Below are positions 1 to 9,902 of a DNA stretch of 64,000 nucleotides, piece by piece; positions within the stretch are counted from its first letter, which is position 1; each line of letters opens with the position of its first letter. A model generated the notes under the pieces. The model made no database searches and was not told where the DNA came from. It saw nothing but the letters and a program-made list of their open reading frames with translations. Source of the stretch: Lachnospira sp. UBA4346 (GTDB lineage Bacteria > Bacillota > Clostridia > Lachnospirales > Lachnospiraceae); NCBI GenBank assembly GCA_002394205.1, contig DGTC01000027.1, positions 1,295 through 65,294 of the forward strand, written 5' to 3'. The translations under genes were made by a program, and so were the position numbers.

Positions 1-1741
1 CCTGAAACAGTTCAAATTCTCCGGAACATATCATTTTCTTAAACACTTCCACAAGACGTTTTGTTTCTGTTGGAAGACGGCTTGATGAGATTAGGTCTAC
101 AACACCGGCAGACATTCCCCACCAATAGTTCAATGCTTTCACATTTTCTGCATCTTCTTCCTTCTTCCACGAACCGCTCAATACGCTCTGTATCAGCTTT
201 TCGTAAAATACACCCCAGTGCCAGACTGGCATTGCGATATTCTGTGTATTTCCGTCATCTTCCAAGCGGTACAAACCAAATCTTCTCGCCGAAGAATGTG
301 GTGTAATCATATCCTGATCTGATACAATGCTAATTCTTCTGTCTTCAAACTTCTGACGAATATCATTATCCTTCACACAAGACCATTCCAAATAAATTTT
401 TGCTGTCGGATTGACAAAACGGACACCTAATGCAAATGCATTGATATTTGCCATCGTTCCATATACCGGATATCCCGCGACATAACCAATTTTGGAATTT
501 CTTGCAAGTGCACCGGCGATCATTCCTGTTAAGAACTTTGCCTCATACATTCTTGCATAATACGTTCTGATATATTTATGTGAAGTATTTAACGAACAAT
601 TTAATATCTTTACATCAGGATGTGCAATTGCCGCCTGTAAACTGGCAATAATCATCGCTGGGGATGTCACACAAATCATATCTGCTTTATCCTGAATGAG
701 CTGTTCTATCGCCTGTGCATCTTCCTTTCCGGGTTCTACATTTTTCACGCATACCGTTTCAATCTGCGTTCCAAACGTATCATCAATATACTGTCGCCCA
801 AGTTCATGTGCATAACACCATTCCGAATCTTGTGGTGTCTTATCATATACAAAGCCAATCTTTAACTTCTGTGCCCCCGGTTTTGGCAGCAGATAACTCA
901 ATATATTTTTCTTTGGCTCATTAATGACCGGATTCATCTTCAAATCAACAGCACTGTTTTCCGCCAGCAGTTCAAATTCTTCCCATGTCTTTGCGACATT
1001 CTTAGACATCTGGGCTGGTGCCATATGAATAACATTCTTATATCCGTGAATATGAATAAAGCGCAAATACGCATCTCCAACCGGATAATCAAACCGATCT
1101 CCGCCACGCGATTCAAATGCATTCTTAAACATAATAAAGCTCGAAGCCAAGTCCCTTTTGGCATCTTCATCCATCAATTTTCCCTTCTTAATTCCTGCAA
1201 ACTGCATTAATGAATGGAAACTTCCGACTTTACTAAAATAAATGTCATTCATCTTTGTCGCATTATAAAAATCCATAAATTCATAATAGATTTTTACTTC
1301 CGGTGTATTCTTTTTCTTTGGAACTTTACGAATCACTTCAGCCATGACTGTTACCGCATTGAAATATTTCAATACACTGACACGCTTATTTCCTTCCAAA
1401 ACATAGAATTTATTCATATATTCATAGACCTTAATCGGATCTCTGATTCCTTCGTTTTTCTGGCTGTCACTCAAGCTCGCCCATTTTGCCGAAAATTCAG
1501 AACCCCAGTCTAAAATCGGCATAAAATTATCTGCAAATGCATTTGTTCTTCCTGCATTACACGTTCCGACGACCAGTCTTAATGGAATCTGGTCTTCTCC
1601 CAAACTGATTTCTGAATCAATCTCTGAATCTTCCACCAAATTTTCCAATACGGGAAGATATGGATAACGTCCCCTGTTTGTTGCCGCATGATATGCTCGT
1701 TTTCCTAGTTTTAAGGCACTCTGATAATCCTGTACTGACAT
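1..1741 (-). CDS. ParB/Srx-like N-terminal domain fused to a BMP-family substrate-binding domain (3' end runs off the window)
   Basis: Not in the ORF track. Manual translation from ATG 1741 (GGAGGT RBS upstream) gives MSVQDYQSALKLGKRAY...DPIKVYEYMNKFYVLEGNKRVSV (ParB-like GxxR motif), then KLKIGFVYDK...AHELGRQY (BMP-type). No signal peptide. Confidence 0.8.
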   Translation of the reverse strand, partial: MSVQDYQSALKLGKRAYHAATNRGRYPYLPVLENLVEDSEIDSEISLGEDQIPLRLVVGTCNAGRTNAFADNFMPILDWGSEFSAKWASLSDSQKNEGIRDPIKVYEYMNKFYVLEGNKRVSVLKYFNAVTVMAEVIRKVPKKKNTPEVKIYYEFMDFYNATKMNDIYFSKVGSFHSLMQFAGIKKGKLMDEDAKRDLASSFIMFKNAFESRGGDRFDYPVGDAYLRFIHIHGYKNVIHMAPAQMSKNVAKTWEEFELLAENSAVDLKMNPVINEPKKNILSYLLPKPGAQKLKIGFVYDKTPQDSEWCYAHELGRQYIDDTFGTQIETVCVKNVEPGKEDAQAIEQLIQDKADMICVTSPAMIIASLQAAIAHPDVKILNCSLNTSHKYIRTYYARMYEAKFLTGMIAGALARNSKIGYVAGYPVYGTMANINAFALGVRFVNPTAKIYLEWSCVKDNDIRQKFEDRRISIVSDQDMITPHSSARRFGLYRLEDDGNTQNIAMPVWHWGVFYEKLIQSVLSGSWKKEEDAENVKALNYWWGMSAGVVDLISSSRLPTETKRLVEVFKKMICSGEFELFQ

Positions 1742-1888
1742 GACTTACCTCCATTTTTCTGATTCCTTTGAATCTGTATTTTATCAAGCATCTTTTCCTA
1801 TGTATCTATCTTCTTCGTTTTCACTTCTTAATTCTAACTTGTGTATCAATATTCTTTTTCTATTTATTTTTTATTTATTTTTATTTCT

Positions 1889-3013
1889 TTAATCAATATA
1901 TGATGCATTACTGTCAGCAAGCATCTGCTGTATCGTTTTTTCCATTTGTTGTGCATCTTTACAGAACAATAATACAGCTACCCGTATTGCAATCTCTGAA
2001 AACTGCATCTGCGATAATGCGTTCTCATCTTCTGCCGTGTGAAGCCCTCTCAGATACCTTTTTGTCACACCATTTAGAATCTTAAATGCTCTGATACGCT
2101 CTGCATATGGCATTTGCTGCTCTAAGATGCTCTTGCCGTATGCTGCCTTTTCCTGTTCTGCCGTCGCAATAAGCTGCATACTCACACGCAAGTCACCACC
2201 CACATCTGCTGCTTCCATTAAAATATCCGGACGCTTTTTATAATATTCCATAAAGTACGCTTTTGCTCCTGCGATATCTTTGTGATTGAAATATTCTTCC
2301 AGACGCTTTTTCACTTCTTTTGTTTCAACCTTTTCTCCAATTAACCCAACTTTACATTCATATGCATGCAGACCATTTACCTGTATCCAAACATATAATA
2401 AAAATTCAGATATAAACCCAAATACTCTTTTATGATAATCATCATAATTTTCGATGTCAATTCTTTTCTGAACCGCAAAGAAAATAGAAAACAGCCAGTC
2501 ACAATATGCATCAAAGTGTTTTTTTGACATCACACAAATATTTCCAAAATAGGTATGATTTTGATGTACGAGTTTCTCAAACATTGGATAATATTCCGGA
2601 TATAATTCTTTGATTACTTCTCCGGTCACTTGTAAATCTCTGATATTGTGATTTTCTGCAAATCCATAATCATATGGAAAATCTAATGTGAGTAATTTAC
2701 TTGTCAGTACATCATACTTTGTTAAAATTTCTTCAATCTCTAATTTGGTCAGCACAAGTTCCTGCTCATTCAGCAGATACCGGCGATAATGGCAAATTCC
2801 TACATAATCGACATCCGCAACATTCTTCCATACCCAGTATACGCCTGTTAATTCACTGTAATAACAGTTCTGCTCTGAAATATGATTTCCTGTATTATCA
2901 CAAAGGTATCCTAACGATTCCTTTCCTGCACTTCCGACCTGTAATGGAATATACATTTTGTCATCCGGCACATCGAATTTCTTATGTGTCATTGTATATA
3001 TTTGAATTGACAT
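1889..3013 (-). CDS. DUF4422-type glycosyltransferase-like protein with a C-terminal extension
   Basis: Motifs IYTMTHK, DNTGNHISEQNCYYSELTG, YVGICHYRRY, RVFGFISE. Start is probably ATG 3013; the ORF track starts at 3079. Confidence 0.8.
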   Translation of the reverse strand: MSIQIYTMTHKKFDVPDDKMYIPLQVGSAGKESLGYLCDNTGNHISEQNCYYSELTGVYWVWKNVADVDYVGICHYRRYLLNEQELVLTKLEIEEILTKYDVLTSKLLTLDFPYDYGFAENHNIRDLQVTGEVIKELYPEYYPMFEKLVHQNHTYFGNICVMSKKHFDAYCDWLFSIFFAVQKRIDIENYDDYHKRVFGFISEFLLYVWIQVNGLHAYECKVGLIGEKVETKEVKKRLEEYFNHKDIAGAKAYFMEYYKKRPDILMEAADVGGDLRVSMQLIATAEQEKAAYGKSILEQQMPYAERIRAFKILNGVTKRYLRGLHTAEDENALSQMQFSEIAIRVAVLLFCKDAQQMEKTIQQMLADSNASYID

Positions 3014-3110
3014 AAATTTCCCTTTCGATATGATATAATTTTGTGTTTCTAAATTCTGCAAGTATGGACTTTGTAACAATATGCGAACTTTTTGACGTTA
3101 TCGCATTTCG

Positions 3111-6080
3111 TTAATTTTCTTCAGATTCATCTTCTTGTGTATCCGGTACAACAATTCCGGGCAGTTCATTGACACTTCCACACTTCGGGCACAACAGCTC
3201 CGAATCAGACGCAAACACATAACCACAGCGCACACAACACACAATCTTATGTTCCTGTTGCGCAAGATATCCGATTTCTCTTGATATTGGTTTCTCTTTC
3301 AGATATGAAATAAATTCATCCAATGCCTCAATAAAATGTGCAACACCTGCATCACCATTTGCAAACTTCGGAACACCTGATAACTTCAACTCTCCCATAT
3401 CCTGATAATCTACGGCGATTCCTTTGCCAAACAATCCTTTATCCCAAAACACACGCAAAATACTTCTGACATCATAAACACCGCTTGACAATCCATAGCT
3501 ATAATACAAACGATCCGGTGTCAGCACAAATCCTTTCTTACCGGTATCTCCTCTTGACGTATCACATATCACAATCGGATACTCAAACGGACGAAGCGTT
3601 GCATACGAATACAGGGCGTTTTCAACCGGATAGGGATTCTCCTGTGTATTATATAAATATAATTTCGAATATCCGGAATGATAGTCCATATCCTTTGCGA
3701 ATTTTTTCACAAGGCTCTGACACTCATCCTTTTTTAGAGACTCCAAGTAATTTTCAATTTGTGGTAACAGGTCAATTTTAATTGCCGGCAGGAAATCTTC
3801 CTCCGATATCTTCTCATATACATCAACGGCTTCATCATAACTAAGTAAAGACAAGTCCGGACACAATTCTTCAATTGTAAGCATCTGCTGTTCTTTGACC
3901 TTTGCAAACAATTGTGCCAATGCATCTCCTGCAATATCTGCATCCAAATCCGCATCCATAAGCTGCTTATATCTTCCGGCATCTGTTGTCTCCTGCGCTA
4001 CAATTGTCTGCATCTGTGCCTGCTGGGAGTCTCTCCATTTTTCATCCAACAATGCTAATAGCTTCTCAATGGCTTCCTCTGTCTGATTATCATCTTTCGC
4101 ATCTTTCTGGCGGATACGAAATGTTCCAATCGTGTCACGCAATGCTTCATAATCTGCACGTTTCATCGGCATTGGTGCCTGTGAAAGTATTGTCTGTACT
4201 TCCTGCTCTCTTTTTGCTTTCAGCCATTCCGTCAATGTATCTATAAATGGCTTCTTAACTGCATCTGCACATTTCTTTTTCTGAATCTGTTCAAATACTT
4301 TTAAAACTTCCTGAAATGACGCATCTTTAACCGATAATACCTGCTGTGCCAGATTCTTTGACTGCTTCGTTTCTAATACTTTGTGCGTAAGTTCTTGATA
4401 TACTCTACGTTCTTCTGTCTTGAAATCTTTTGTATCTTCTGAATCTTCACCAAGTACCTGTTCTAATTCATCAATTTCATCTTCTGACATTGTTGCAAGT
4501 TCCGTAACATATGCTTTCATATCTTTTTTATGAATCTGTGCAAATGCCTTATTCTTCTTCTCTGGTGTCAGTTTCTTTTTTGGCGTTTTCACTTCTTTCG
4601 CTGAATTGTCGTCCTGGTTGGAAATCGCATTTTCCTGTAACTTTTCAGCTGCATTATCATTTGTCCGATTCAAGTTCTTATGTCCAAACTTTGTCTGACT
4701 TGGCACATCCGTACCATCCGAATCTGTTCTTTGCGTATCGTACGTATTTCCATCCATTTCATTCGATAAATCGTATTCCGAAACTTCCGATACATTCTGC
4801 TCCTGTTCTTTATGTACAGCAGCTGTCTTTTCACGCTTCCATTCCCGACTGTCTAATTTTAACTTTTCTTTAAAAAATTCTTTGATATTTCTTGCACGCA
4901 GGTTACGCTTCTTTGTCTCTTTTTCAATCTTCGGTGCGTATTTTTTTGTGTGCTTTTCTGAATAGAAATCTGCATCCATACGCTCATTAATCTGGAATAC
5001 TTCTGCATCAGAACGATTGTCAATATCTTCACAAACAGAATCTAAGAATTCTTTATCTGCCTGTTCTCGTTCTTTTTCTTCCTGTGCGGCCTCTTCTTCA
5101 CTTTTCTGCTCATATTCTGATTCATAGACATTGAAATTGCAGTTAGATACCCTTGCACTCTCTTTCCCTAATAAATCAATATAATCGTCATACGCCTGCC
5201 CATCATCATCAAAATCAAGCTGATACACCTGACCTTCTGCAAGCAGTGTATGCGGTCTTGGTGTATAGAAGATATGACATTTCCCACAAGTATATGCTCT
5301 TGCTAAATAAACCGGCTCCTCGTCTGTCTCTATGCGCACTTCTTTTCCTACCGGATAGACAGCCATATAGAGTGTCTCCCCACAAATTGGACAGGTATAG
5401 GTTGAAGCATAAAAGCCTCTTCCGAGCCGCTTCTTTGCACGTTCTTTTCTGGACATCGTACTATAACGAAACGTCTTATCAACAGACTCCCATTGCATTT
5501 TATGCCACAATCCCATCTTAAACCTGGAAGAACGCTTTCTTTGCGGTTGTTCCATTGCAGGTTCTTCCATTTCCTGTATATCTTCAACTTCTTCCGTCTC
5601 CGAATCATCCTGCCCTTTTCCACGCATATCATCAAGAATCAGCTGAATGACATCTTCATACGCAAGCTGAATTCCGTTCTGATAGAACTTGCACTGCGAT
5701 TTACTAATGTCTACCGTTACACCGATTGGAACAAACACCGTATCAATAATTTTCTTTAACTGCTTATAATTCTGATTCACAGACAAACCTTTAATCTGAT
5801 TCCATTTGCCGAATATATATAACAGCACATTAAATGCATTTTCTAACAATTGATTGTCACACATCAGACGTGCTTTATCGAGATTGGAATTAATCTCTAT
5901 AATTGTATCTGTCACTTTTCTGTTATCAAAACTTATCACTAAAGAACGCCGTTTTCCCGGCAATATAATTGTATTGTAGCTTACCATAAATACGCCAAGC
6001 CACTCTACATTCACCCCCATCACACTAATGGTTTTATCAAATGCAGAACGAATCATGGCATCTGCTTTTAGTAATATCAT
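3111..6080 (-). CDS. Large hypothetical protein (989 aa) with two Cys4 zinc-binding motifs and acidic/coiled-coil regions
   Basis: Long ORF with AAAAGGTG RBS. Contains CPICG...CGKC and a C-terminal CVRCG...CPKCG. Confidence 0.8.
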   Translation of the reverse strand: MILLKADAMIRSAFDKTISVMGVNVEWLGVFMVSYNTIILPGKRRSLVISFDNRKVTDTIIEINSNLDKARLMCDNQLLENAFNVLLYIFGKWNQIKGLSVNQNYKQLKKIIDTVFVPIGVTVDISKSQCKFYQNGIQLAYEDVIQLILDDMRGKGQDDSETEEVEDIQEMEEPAMEQPQRKRSSRFKMGLWHKMQWESVDKTFRYSTMSRKERAKKRLGRGFYASTYTCPICGETLYMAVYPVGKEVRIETDEEPVYLARAYTCGKCHIFYTPRPHTLLAEGQVYQLDFDDDGQAYDDYIDLLGKESARVSNCNFNVYESEYEQKSEEEAAQEEKEREQADKEFLDSVCEDIDNRSDAEVFQINERMDADFYSEKHTKKYAPKIEKETKKRNLRARNIKEFFKEKLKLDSREWKREKTAAVHKEQEQNVSEVSEYDLSNEMDGNTYDTQRTDSDGTDVPSQTKFGHKNLNRTNDNAAEKLQENAISNQDDNSAKEVKTPKKKLTPEKKNKAFAQIHKKDMKAYVTELATMSEDEIDELEQVLGEDSEDTKDFKTEERRVYQELTHKVLETKQSKNLAQQVLSVKDASFQEVLKVFEQIQKKKCADAVKKPFIDTLTEWLKAKREQEVQTILSQAPMPMKRADYEALRDTIGTFRIRQKDAKDDNQTEEAIEKLLALLDEKWRDSQQAQMQTIVAQETTDAGRYKQLMDADLDADIAGDALAQLFAKVKEQQMLTIEELCPDLSLLSYDEAVDVYEKISEEDFLPAIKIDLLPQIENYLESLKKDECQSLVKKFAKDMDYHSGYSKLYLYNTQENPYPVENALYSYATLRPFEYPIVICDTSRGDTGKKGFVLTPDRLYYSYGLSSGVYDVRSILRVFWDKGLFGKGIAVDYQDMGELKLSGVPKFANGDAGVAHFIEALDEFISYLKEKPISREIGYLAQQEHKIVCCVRCGYVFASDSELLCPKCGSVNELPGIVVPDTQEDESEEN

Positions 6081-6168
6081 TTGTTGTCACCTTTTACTTC
6101 TCATTTTCCGATGTATTATTTTACAGATTAATTAACAATTTCTTATTCTGCAAATTCTTCGTATCTTA

Positions 6169-9100
6169 CTACATAATTATATTTGCATGCGGCTCTAATT
6201 TAAAACTGTAATCTTTTCCACGATAATTGAATGAAAAATGTTCTTCCTGCTCACTAATATTAAATGCGGCAAGAATCCATTCATCATCGAGAAATCTTGC
6301 AAACACATACTGCTGATTTCTGATAATAACATTCTCAAATCCACCATATGCTAATACTTTACTGCTCTTACGAAGTTTGCTAAGCTGGCTGATATATGCA
6401 GCTAAATTATAATTGCGTGTACGTCCCTGAATCTCTTCCATCGACGGACGAATCGGACGGTCTGCTTCCCTTCCGGAAGTCTTGACACCGTCTATTCCCC
6501 ATTCACTTCCATAATAAATAGATGGGATCCCCGGCATCAAAAACATCAGTGTATATGCATTTGCCAAATCCCGTTTATCTTTTAACAAACTTGCAATTCG
6601 ATTGACATCATGATTGTCTAGGAAATTATAAAAATGCTTGCCTTCATAAATACCGCCTTTTGCAAACTGACGATTCAAAGAATGTGCAATTTCAAAATAA
6701 TTCTTATCGTTGTGACTTGAATAAATACCCTTCCAACACTCATAATTCGTCACAGAATCCATCATCTCATCATTTGCCCACATATTATAATCACCATGAA
6801 TAATCTCGCCCATCAGCCAGAAATCCGGTTGCTTCTCCTTTGTAAAACTCTTGAGACGTTTAAAGAAGTTCTTATCAATACAATCTGCAGCATCCAGACG
6901 CAATCCGTCAATTCCAAATTCTTCAATCCACATCTGCACCGCGCCAAGCAAATGCTGTACGACCTCTTCATTGTAGAGATTCAATTTTACCAATTCGAAA
7001 TTGCCTGCCCATGTGTCATAAGAAAATGCATCACCACCGGCACTTCTTCCTCCAAAATTCACGCCGGAGAACCAATCCTTATAATGCGAAGCCACACCAT
7101 TTTCCTGTACATCTTTAAACGGTGCAAAACCTCTGCCAACATGATTAAAGACGCCATCTAACACGACACGGATTCCATTTTCATGAAGACTTGCAATCAC
7201 ACGCTTCAAATCCTCATTACTGCCCAAACGACTGTCAACGTGATAATAATCATACGTGTCATATCCATGCCAGCCGGATTCAAATACCGGTCCGAAATAG
7301 ACTGCATTTACTCCCAATTGATTCAAATGCGGAATCCAGTCAAGTACCTGTAAAATACGATGTCCTTTGGTTGTCTCTCCCTCATTATATTCCGGAGCAC
7401 CTGTAAAGCCCAATGGATAAATATGATAGAATACCGAACGGTCATACCACGGAATTAAATTCAGTTCTTCATTGACTGAATTCACCTGTAAAATTTCTGG
7501 TGAAACAACTTCTTTTTCTGTATGTATACAATTTTCTGTATACATCGGCTCATTAACTTCCGGTTCCACAGCATCAGCAATGGATACATTGCACACATCC
7601 TGCGACTCATCATCTTCTAACTGGCTATCATCGCATGGATGTACTTCGAATAACATTGCTGAAAGCGGTGCAATTTCCAACGCACGTTTTGCAGTCCAGC
7701 TACCCGTCCTAGCATCTGTACCACCGTATGCAAGGTCATTTGAATCTAACACACACGTATAATTACAATCTTTTTCCAATGGAACTTTCTGCATATCTGC
7801 TGAAAAATTATATATTGCAAGGAATCTGCCCTGTGTATCTTGTGCTTTTCGCTCAATCGAAAAGAATGAACTTCCAACACCTGACAAATCACTGACTGAA
7901 ATATCTGTACTAGCATCTACAAAAATGGTGTTGTTTGCAACAATCTCATTCAATTTCTGAATGAATGACGTAAACTTCACATGCTTCTCAAAGTCCAACA
8001 AATTCCAATCCTGCTCTCGGTCTGCTTCCCACATACGAAAATGCGCAAGTTCATTTCCCATAAAATCCAATTTACGACCTTTGCACATCATTCGATACAG
8101 ATACAATGCTCTTGCCTGTGCAAACTTTTCATCATAATTTCCAGACATCTTTTCAATAACAGTTGCACGATTTCGTTGTAATGTTCGCAATGACAATTCT
8201 AATACTCTATCTGACTGAGCAGATACGCCATCTCCATAACCCGTTTCAAACGAATCCTCAACTACATTTAATAGTGACGTATCTTCATTTCTTTCCCAAA
8301 CATTTTTTCCAAAATAAGATAATACAGACTCACTCCAACGTATATCATTGCGTAACATCTGTATAGAATTTTCCTGTTGATTCTTACCAGACTGCGCACT
8401 TGAAACTGATTCAATATAAATGATTTTTTCCGGTAAAATCTCATGAATCTTTTTGCATAACTTTTCTACAAACCAGTTCTTTTCCTGATTGTCTGAAAGA
8501 ACAAACTTTACACCATCTAAATGATATTCTTTCAGCCAGTAAATCACTGCCGAGCACAAAAACGAACCGACTGCACCATGATTGATATGAAATGTTCCAT
8601 CACTTCCATACAACTCACAGCCAGCTACATTTGTCAGTCCATAATACGCCTTTGAAAAATGCTCCCATGGAAATTCAAACATCACTGAAATGTCTTTCTG
8701 ATGAAATCTGTCAATCATCTTCCGACAATCTTCCACCGTGCCAAATCGTGCAGACGGCGCAAAAAATCCTGTCGGTGCAAAGCCGCCTTCTTTGTCATTA
8801 TCATATTCCATAAATGGCAACAGACATACACTGTCGTAATGATATTCTGTCAAATAATCTGCAGCATCTTCTCCAAACTCCGAAAAACGATGCCAATTCT
8901 CTCCATTTTTCTTAAAAGAACCAATATGCATTTCATACACATTCTGAAAATGCACTTGCAAATCTTCCCGTGTTTTTCCTGCGCAATATTTTGAATCATT
9001 TGTTAAATTCCGAACAATCGATGCACTTGCAGGACGAAGCTCCATTCCATAACCATATGGATCACTATAATCTGCACTCGTTCCATCCACATGAACCTTG

Positions 9101-9330
9101 TATTTATACATCTGTCCTTCCTGCACACCCAATACAAACACCGCATAGATTCCACACGCATCAATCTGATTCATCGGTGTTTCCGTCCAGCCATTAAATT
9201 CTCCAATCAGGCTAACCGCATCTGCTCCCGGTGCAAATATCCGAAATACTGCACCGCCTTTTTCCAAATGGCAGCCAAAAAATGTATATGCTTCTGTTTC
9301 ATTTCCTTCTAAAAACTGTTCTATATTCAT
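6169..9330 (-). CDS. Fusion of a degenerate 1,4-alpha-glucan branching enzyme-like region and a GH13 cyclomaltodextrinase/neopullulanase-like hydrolase
   Basis: N-terminal GlgB-like motifs FRIFAPGADAVSLIGEFNGW, YEMHIGSFK, KLDFMGNELAHFRMW. C-terminal GH13 motifs DGVFNHVG, DGLRLDAAD, GEIIHG, FLDNHDVNR. Confidence 0.85.
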   Translation of the reverse strand: MNIEQFLEGNETEAYTFFGCHLEKGGAVFRIFAPGADAVSLIGEFNGWTETPMNQIDACGIYAVFVLGVQEGQMYKYKVHVDGTSADYSDPYGYGMELRPASASIVRNLTNDSKYCAGKTREDLQVHFQNVYEMHIGSFKKNGENWHRFSEFGEDAADYLTEYHYDSVCLLPFMEYDNDKEGGFAPTGFFAPSARFGTVEDCRKMIDRFHQKDISVMFEFPWEHFSKAYYGLTNVAGCELYGSDGTFHINHGAVGSFLCSAVIYWLKEYHLDGVKFVLSDNQEKNWFVEKLCKKIHEILPEKIIYIESVSSAQSGKNQQENSIQMLRNDIRWSESVLSYFGKNVWERNEDTSLLNVVEDSFETGYGDGVSAQSDRVLELSLRTLQRNRATVIEKMSGNYDEKFAQARALYLYRMMCKGRKLDFMGNELAHFRMWEADREQDWNLLDFEKHVKFTSFIQKLNEIVANNTIFVDASTDISVSDLSGVGSSFFSIERKAQDTQGRFLAIYNFSADMQKVPLEKDCNYTCVLDSNDLAYGGTDARTGSWTAKRALEIAPLSAMLFEVHPCDDSQLEDDESQDVCNVSIADAVEPEVNEPMYTENCIHTEKEVVSPEILQVNSVNEELNLIPWYDRSVFYHIYPLGFTGAPEYNEGETTKGHRILQVLDWIPHLNQLGVNAVYFGPVFESGWHGYDTYDYYHVDSRLGSNEDLKRVIASLHENGIRVVLDGVFNHVGRGFAPFKDVQENGVASHYKDWFSGVNFGGRSAGGDAFSYDTWAGNFELVKLNLYNEEVVQHLLGAVQMWIEEFGIDGLRLDAADCIDKNFFKRLKSFTKEKQPDFWLMGEIIHGDYNMWANDEMMDSVTNYECWKGIYSSHNDKNYFEIAHSLNRQFAKGGIYEGKHFYNFLDNHDVNRIASLLKDKRDLANAYTLMFLMPGIPSIYYGSEWGIDGVKTSGREADRPIRPSMEEIQGRTRNYNLAAYISQLSKLRKSSKVLAYGGFENVIIRNQQYVFARFLDDEWILAAFNISEQEEHFSFNYRGKDYSFKLEPHANIIM

Positions 9331-9467
9331 ACTTTCCCCCTAATATTTAATCATCTGATACCATTATTTTACACTTACTAAATATTATTATACTGCATTT
9401 TGGGGAATTTGTGGAGAATGAATTGTAATTTATCTTTTGGGGCTTCTCGTTTTGGTGCTAAGAATCT

Positions 9468-9673
9468 GTTTGTGGATGTACTCTGCCTGATTGATGGACG
9501 GGAATATGTGACGTACGGACGCACTGCTAGAAAAATGAATTTTTTTGAAAGTTCAAAACTCGCCTACGGCTCAGACAAGTTGAACTTTCAAAATAAATTA
9601 TTTTTCGCCGTGCTGGGTTTCTTTCAGTCAAGGTATTCTCCGATGCATTTCTACTTACGGCATCGCCACAAAC
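9468..9673. repeat. ~206-bp imperfect palindromic element (REP/MITE-like or structured RNA)
   Basis: Terminal inverted repeat GTTTGTGG...CCACAAAC. Inner arms GAAAAATGAATTTTTTTGAAAGTTCAA and TTGAACTTTCAAAATAAATTATTTTTC flank AACTCGCCTACGGCTCAGAC. Confidence 0.75.
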
Positions 9674-9719
9674 CTCTGGGCGTTTGGCTGTTGGGGTGTA
9701 TTGGTTATCCTGTTGAATC

Positions 9720-9902
9720 CTATTGAATATTTAAGATTTCTTTTACCTGCTCTTCTGGCATTTCCGCAATCTCTGCTATTGTTTCTACAGCGTAATTTAA
9801 CTGATATAATCTTAAAATCATTTGAGCTCGACCACGTGCTTCGCCGCGTTCTTCACCTTCTGCTATTCCACGTTCCAAAAGTCCCTGTCCTAAATTACAC
9901 AT
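9720..9902 (-). CDS. Putative internally initiated 60-aa C-terminal product (RpnS-like antitoxin)
   Basis: GAGGAGGTGGAGCAG-ATG, in frame at EEVEQM inside the Rpn-like gene. Confidence 0.6.
   Translation of the reverse strand: MCNLGQGLLERGIAEGEERGEARGRAQMILRLYQLNYAVETIAEIAEMPEEQVKEILNIQ

Noticed and set aside
9468-9673. Integron attC site or CRISPR repeat
   Set aside because: The ends are GTT...AAC, the reverse of the attC RYYYAAC...GTTRRRY arrangement. There is no integrase or cas gene and no repeat-spacer periodicity.
9400-9726. 108-aa + strand ORF
   Set aside because: It spans the palindromic element, has no clear RBS and shows no protein-like motif. Probably a chance frame.
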